This document shows, piece after piece, positions 60,453 to 64,000 of a stretch of DNA of 64,000 bases. Under the pieces are notes generated by a model. It was given only the letters and a program-made list of their open reading frames with translations. It made no database searches and was not told the DNA's origin. The position numbers and the translations under genes are program-made. The stretch is taken from NCBI GenBank assembly GCA_963663475.2, contig CAXXJV010000001.1, positions 2,176,001-2,240,000 on the forward strand, read 5' to 3'. Each line of letters starts with the position of its first letter. The first letter of the stretch is position 1. This DNA is from Candidatus Cloacimonadales bacterium. Lineage in GTDB: Bacteria > Cloacimonadota > Cloacimonadia > Cloacimonadales > JAFGVF01.

Positions 60453-61058
60453 ATGAAAACATTAATAATAAAATATCTTCCTTCAGGGGAAAACTCAAAT
60501 ACAAAAAAACTACTAGATAGATTTATGGAAAAGAACATAGACAATAAGGATCTTGAAGAAATAGATCTCCTTGCAAGTAAAACTCCAATATTTAACCAAG
60601 AATCTATAACTGCTTATTATCTAAGAAACTATCTTGGAAAAGCACTTAATGAGGAACAAGCAGCAGCAATTTTACCTTTTGATAAAATTATCCAAAAAGT
60701 ACAATCTGCTGATTTTTTAGTTTTTGCTTTCCCTATGCACAACTTTTCTCTACCTGGAATTGTTAAGAGCTTCATAGACTCTTTTATGTTTAACGGGGAA
60801 TTCTTTAACATATCAGATTCTCATAAGAAAGATATGATTCAAGGAAAAAAGATTTTAGTATTGTATTCTCATGGAGGTTCTTATCCTGAGGGTAGTGAAT
60901 ATGAAAAATATGATTTTGTTAAAAGCTTACTTAATCAAGAATTTTCTTTTATGGGAATTAAAGATGTTGCTTTTATCTCTTATTCCACAGCAGACCCTGC
61001 AAAGAAAGAAGATAATCTTCAGCTAGCTTTGGATAAGCTTGATAAAATATTGAGTTAA
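60453..61058 (+). CDS. FMN-dependent NADH-azoreductase / flavodoxin-like NAD(P)H oxidoreductase
   Basis: SNT, FPMHNFSLPGIVKSFID, SHGGSY, FMGI; ATG 60453 behind GGAG. Confidence 0.85.
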   Translation: MKTLIIKYLPSGENSNTKKLLDRFMEKNIDNKDLEEIDLLASKTPIFNQESITAYYLRNYLGKALNEEQAAAILPFDKIIQKVQSADFLVFAFPMHNFSLPGIVKSFIDSFMFNGEFFNISDSHKKDMIQGKKILVLYSHGGSYPEGSEYEKYDFVKSLLNQEFSFMGIKDVAFISYSTADPAKKEDNLQLALDKLDKILS

Positions 61059-61102
61059 ACCCAAATAATACTAAACTATCTGTGTTAAATCTTTTTAAAA
61101 TT

Positions 61103-61140
61103 AACTCTACCTAGTTTATGATAATAAATTAGGTAGAGTT
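61103..61140. terminator. Hairpin between convergent genes
   Basis: AACTCTACCTAGTTTAT-gata-ATAAATTAGGTAGAGTT. Confidence 0.65.
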
Positions 61141-61186
61141 TAAATAATCTGCAATCCTCACTAAAGTTAAAATGCACTACTCTGGT

Positions 61187-61849
61187 TTAAAGAGAATCAA
61201 TAATTTTTTTTATATCAGCAAATTTGTTAAAATTAACTATAAGTAGAAGATCTCCACTATTCACGGTAATTTCAATATGCTCATTAGTAACCAAATTGCT
61301 CACTCCTCTAGCTCTATCACTAGTGAGTTGCTCATCAATAAGTGGATAATATAAGCCTTTAGTAGTAATTCCCTGAGCAGAATCAGATAAAGGAATTAAG
61401 GATACTGTTGTATTCATGGGAAGATAAAAGGAATTTTTATTTTTGAGAATAATAAATAATTGCTTATCACCTAGTATTAATGAAGGTATGTTAAGTCTGT
61501 GTAAATATCTCAAACTAGCCATAACCCCTAAGACATGGTCGATCCTATCTTGCATGTTATTTACAATTATTATGGCTGAAAATTTCTCTTCAATTGCATA
61601 ATTAACTGCCAACTCGGTATCAGTAAAATCTTTTTCTGGTGGGTGGGTGATTTGCTGAATATTCTGAGTTAAGAAAACATTATTTTGTTTTACAGAATCA
61701 AAGTCACCAATGATTATATGTGGTACTAAATTAATAATTTCTAAGGTGTTTATTCCTCCGTCAACTCCAATTATATAATCATCAGGCGTAATTAAGTATT
61801 TAATTCCCTCACTACAGAGTGAATTAGTAAATAGAAAGCTTTTAGACAT
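61187..61849 (-). CDS. thiN: Thiamine diphosphokinase
   Basis: GVDGG, IGDFDS, EKDFTDTELA, RIDH, GLYYPL, GVSN. Confidence 0.92.
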   Translation of the reverse strand: MSKSFLFTNSLCSEGIKYLITPDDYIIGVDGGINTLEIINLVPHIIIGDFDSVKQNNVFLTQNIQQITHPPEKDFTDTELAVNYAIEEKFSAIIIVNNMQDRIDHVLGVMASLRYLHRLNIPSLILGDKQLFIILKNKNSFYLPMNTTVSLIPLSDSAQGITTKGLYYPLIDEQLTSDRARGVSNLVTNEHIEITVNSGDLLLIVNFNKFADIKKIIDSL

Positions 61850-62706
61850 TATATTATGCTGTCTTTTCTTTTAATCTTTCTATAGGAAGAATTTACATAT
61901 TTGCTAGGATTTAAAATTCGTTTGTTACGTCTTACTTCAAAATGTAAATGAACTCCAGTTGTAACTCCCGTTGATCCCATCTCCCCTATTACTTGACCTG
62001 ATTTAACAATAGTTCCAGGTTTAACATAGCTAGAATTAAGATGGGCATATTTAGTTTCATATCCTTTGGCATGCTTAATTGTTACATATCTGCCATACTT
62101 GGAATCCCAAGATGATTTAGTAACTACTCCATCACCAGTTGCGTAAATAGGAGTACCTAAATCATTAGCAATATCAAGGCCTCGGTGAAAGATTCTCCTT
62201 TTATAGACAGGATGTTTTCTATAACCAAAAGCAGATGTCAAAACTCCAAAGGTTGGACTAATATGAGGTTCTTCATTTAAAGAATTAACATAAAAATCGT
62301 AATTACCATGAGCTAGTTCATTAAATAATACAATAGCCCTAGTTTTCTCTTTAAGGGAAGATATTAATCTGTAACTGTGGTATGTATCAATCTTGCCTTT
62401 ACTATTAATTTGAATCAATTGATTCCAGGTTAGAATTGAATCAGGATAAGTTAACTCATATTCACCTTTATCATACAATTGATAAAACTGGTTTATAGAA
62501 TCTAAAGAAGTTTGAACGTTCTCAATTATTTCTTGGTTAAGGATAGTAAGAGAATCAATCTTATTCTCAAGACTAGAGTAATTCTCTAATTTATCTTTAT
62601 TATCTATAATATACTTAACCGAAATAACTGAAAAACCAATACTTATCAATATAAGTACTAGCATTATGTAAAAGTATTTTATAGAAATTTTATTTTTAAT
62701 TATCAT
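61849..62706 (-). CDS. Membrane-anchored M23 peptidase
   Basis: FGYRKHP, HRGLD, YAHL, GSTG.TTGVHLHFEV. Confidence 0.92.
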   Translation of the reverse strand: MIIKNKISIKYFYIMLVLILISIGFSVISVKYIIDNKDKLENYSSLENKIDSLTILNQEIIENVQTSLDSINQFYQLYDKGEYELTYPDSILTWNQLIQINSKGKIDTYHSYRLISSLKEKTRAIVLFNELAHGNYDFYVNSLNEEPHISPTFGVLTSAFGYRKHPVYKRRIFHRGLDIANDLGTPIYATGDGVVTKSSWDSKYGRYVTIKHAKGYETKYAHLNSSYVKPGTIVKSGQVIGEMGSTGVTTGVHLHFEVRRNKRILNPSKYVNSSYRKIKRKDSII

Positions 62707-62905
62707 CTTATTATCTCATTATAATTTAATATTTTAATTCATTAGACAATAAAAAGACTATTTGATATGAGTCAAGAATTTTTTTATCTTAAACAAAATT
62801 TACCTCTTATGAAGTTGATTTTATTTGTTAAAAATAAATATTTCTTGACACTTTATACACTTAATACAAAATTTAAATAAATTATGTTTAGGAGATTAAA
62901 GAATT

Positions 62906-63376
62906 ATGAAGAAATTTTTATTGTTAATTGCTATTACAAGCCTTCTATTATTTGCTTGCGGGAAAAAAGAAGCTGCTGTTGAAGAAACCCCAGTTGCTGA
63001 AGAAACACCAGTTGTAGAAAAAGTTGTATCAATGAACTTTACTGTTCAAGGTCAAGGCGAAGTTGCCAAAAAACTTATAGAAGAAGCTGTGATGAATGTT
63101 CAAGGTGTTACTGCTGCAAATTGGGATATGGATAAAAAAACTATTAAAATTAGTGGTACAAATGAAGTTGTATGGGAAGAAGTTCATAAAGCAATAGCAG
63201 CTGCTGGTTTTGATACTACAGAAATGAAAGCTAGTGATGAAGCTTATGAAGCATTACCAGACGAAGCAAAATACCGTAAAGAAATTACTAAGAAGAATGC
63301 TAATTTAAAAGAGAAAGAATCAAACACAAATACTAAAGGAAATAGAATTAAAGCTAAAAGACAAAAAGCAGAATAA
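62906..63376 (+). CDS. Lipoprotein with a heavy-metal-associated (HMA)-like domain lacking the metal-binding cysteines
   Basis: Lipobox LFAC; EETPVA-EETPVV linker; FTVQG....KK.IEEA...V.GV..A.WD...IAAAGFDT....ASDEAY..LP. Confidence 0.75.
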   Translation: MKKFLLLIAITSLLLFACGKKEAAVEETPVAEETPVVEKVVSMNFTVQGQGEVAKKLIEEAVMNVQGVTAANWDMDKKTIKISGTNEVVWEEVHKAIAAAGFDTTEMKASDEAYEALPDEAKYRKEITKKNANLKEKESNTNTKGNRIKAKRQKAE

Positions 63377-63398
63377 TTCTAAATAAATTTTAACTTAT

Positions 63399-63430
63399 GG
63401 CGTTACCTATTTTTGTAACGCCTTTCTTTA
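63399..63430 (+). terminator. Rho-independent terminator after the HMA-like gene
   Basis: GGCGTTAC-ctattttt-GTAACGCC-TTTCTTT. Confidence 0.75.
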
Positions 63431-63475
63431 TACTCACAAATTTTTTTTTCTATATCTCCCTTATCCTTTCCTTGT

Positions 63476-63534
63476 CCTTCCTTTACGGTCTTTCGATGAA
63501 AAGCGGACTTTCATCGAAAGACTGTAAAGGAAGG
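63476..63534. repeat. Long palindromic element, copy 3 (26 bp arms, one mismatch; loop inverted relative to copies 1 and 2)
   Basis: CCTTCCTTTACGGTCTTTCGATGAAA-agcggac-TTTCATCGAAAGACTGTAAAGGAAGG. Confidence 0.95.
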
Positions 63535-63604
63535 GGAATGGATGAAAAGGTAAGACTAGCTATTGAATTCCCCAAAATTAGGATTAACCCATATAGTTCT
63601 GTAA

Positions 63605-63817
63605 GGCTCAAGTTCAAGTCTGGTGGGAGTAATATAGGAAAATGAAAATATTTTATTACTATATTGATTCATCAAAAGTCCCTGAAAGGGATAAAATAAT
63701 TTAGCCCAGGGTAAGATGCTGACTTGTGAAGGCGTAGCTTTAGCGAAGACTCAAAGTATCGCAACCCTGGGTAATGATGGCAACCCAAAGATATTACCCT
63801 GTAAGGGTTTAATAAAA
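63605..63817 (+). repeat. Intergenic repeat, copy B (copy A plus a 31 bp insert)
   Basis: CCCTGAAAGGG...TAGCCCAGGG...CCCTGGGTA...CCCTGTAAGGG; matches the reverse complement of 11857-12038. Confidence 0.92.
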
Positions 63818-63849
63818 GGATTAAAATAAGTCTATTGTAGAAAATAGTT

Positions 63850-64000
63850 CTATCTTTCTAAAAGCATATAATTTTCAATATGATAAGTATTGGGAAACAT
63901 ATCAAAAGGAATAATCTTTTTCACCTTGAAGCCAGCTAGGAGAAAATCATCAACATCACGTTTTTGGGTTCCTGGGTTACATGATAGGTAGATAATTTTT
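63850..64000 (-). CDS. C-terminus of RlmD/TrmA-family RNA (uracil-5)-methyltransferase (5' end outside window; not in ORF track)
   Basis: Manual translation KIIYLSCNPGTQKRD...FDMFPNTYHIE...LER*; catalytic SCNP and DMFP.T.H.E motifs. Confidence 0.9.
   Translation of the reverse strand, partial: KIIYLSCNPGTQKRDVDDFLLAGFKVKKIIPFDMFPNTYHIENYMLLER

Noticed and set aside
1920-60811. Many 60-118 aa ORFs antisense to or nested in real genes
   Set aside because: Shadow ORFs of well-supported CDSs with no independent evidence
2183-63534. Palindromic repeats as a CRISPR array or integron attC sites
   Set aside because: Copies are tens of kb apart with no spacers, cas genes, integrase or GTTRRRY cores
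63397-63645. 82 aa ORF
   Set aside because: Runs through a terminator, palindrome copy 3 and the start of the 180 bp repeat; no RBS or recognisable protein features

Overview
AT-rich, gene-dense core-genome window from an anaerobic diderm bacterium. The FlgD/Por-type C-terminal sorting domain, the SecA insertions, the mutAB-meaB cluster and two 2-oxoacid:ferredoxin oxidoreductase operons suggest Candidatus Cloacimonadota or an FCB-group relative (inference only). Contents: thiamine salvage (thiE partial, thiM, thiN); secA-DUF494-topA-permease-nuclease-queC-hutD; an envelope cluster (rpsA, lysS, lolC/E, lptD, gmhB, M16 peptidase pair); methylmalonyl-CoA mutase genes; rimO, a SpoVG-like gene and hflX; aminotransferase plus a VOR-type operon; murI, pyrG, rnr, yicC; a REC-PEP/pyruvate-binding protein; a BirA-like protein; methyltransferases; a KOR-type operon ending in mce; tatD, azoR, an M23 peptidase and a partial rlmD. 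I saw no rRNA, tRNA, CRISPR array, integrase or transposase. The most notable observations: (1) a BirA-like protein with an intact HTH but eroded ligase motifs, behind about 1 kb of non-coding DNA and a palindrome overlapping its promoter; (2) several non-coding repeat families, namely a 26-36 bp-arm palindrome in three copies, a ~180 bp REP-like element in two copies (one with a 31 bp insert) and a ~165-190 bp imperfect palindrome; (3) two more apparent pseudo-proteins, a Cys-free HMA lipoprotein and a ligand-less M29 aminopeptidase; (4) a probable ATT start for meaB directly behind a terminator; (5) a Cys/His-rich insert in MutA. All family assignments come from motif recognition by eye, not from database searches.
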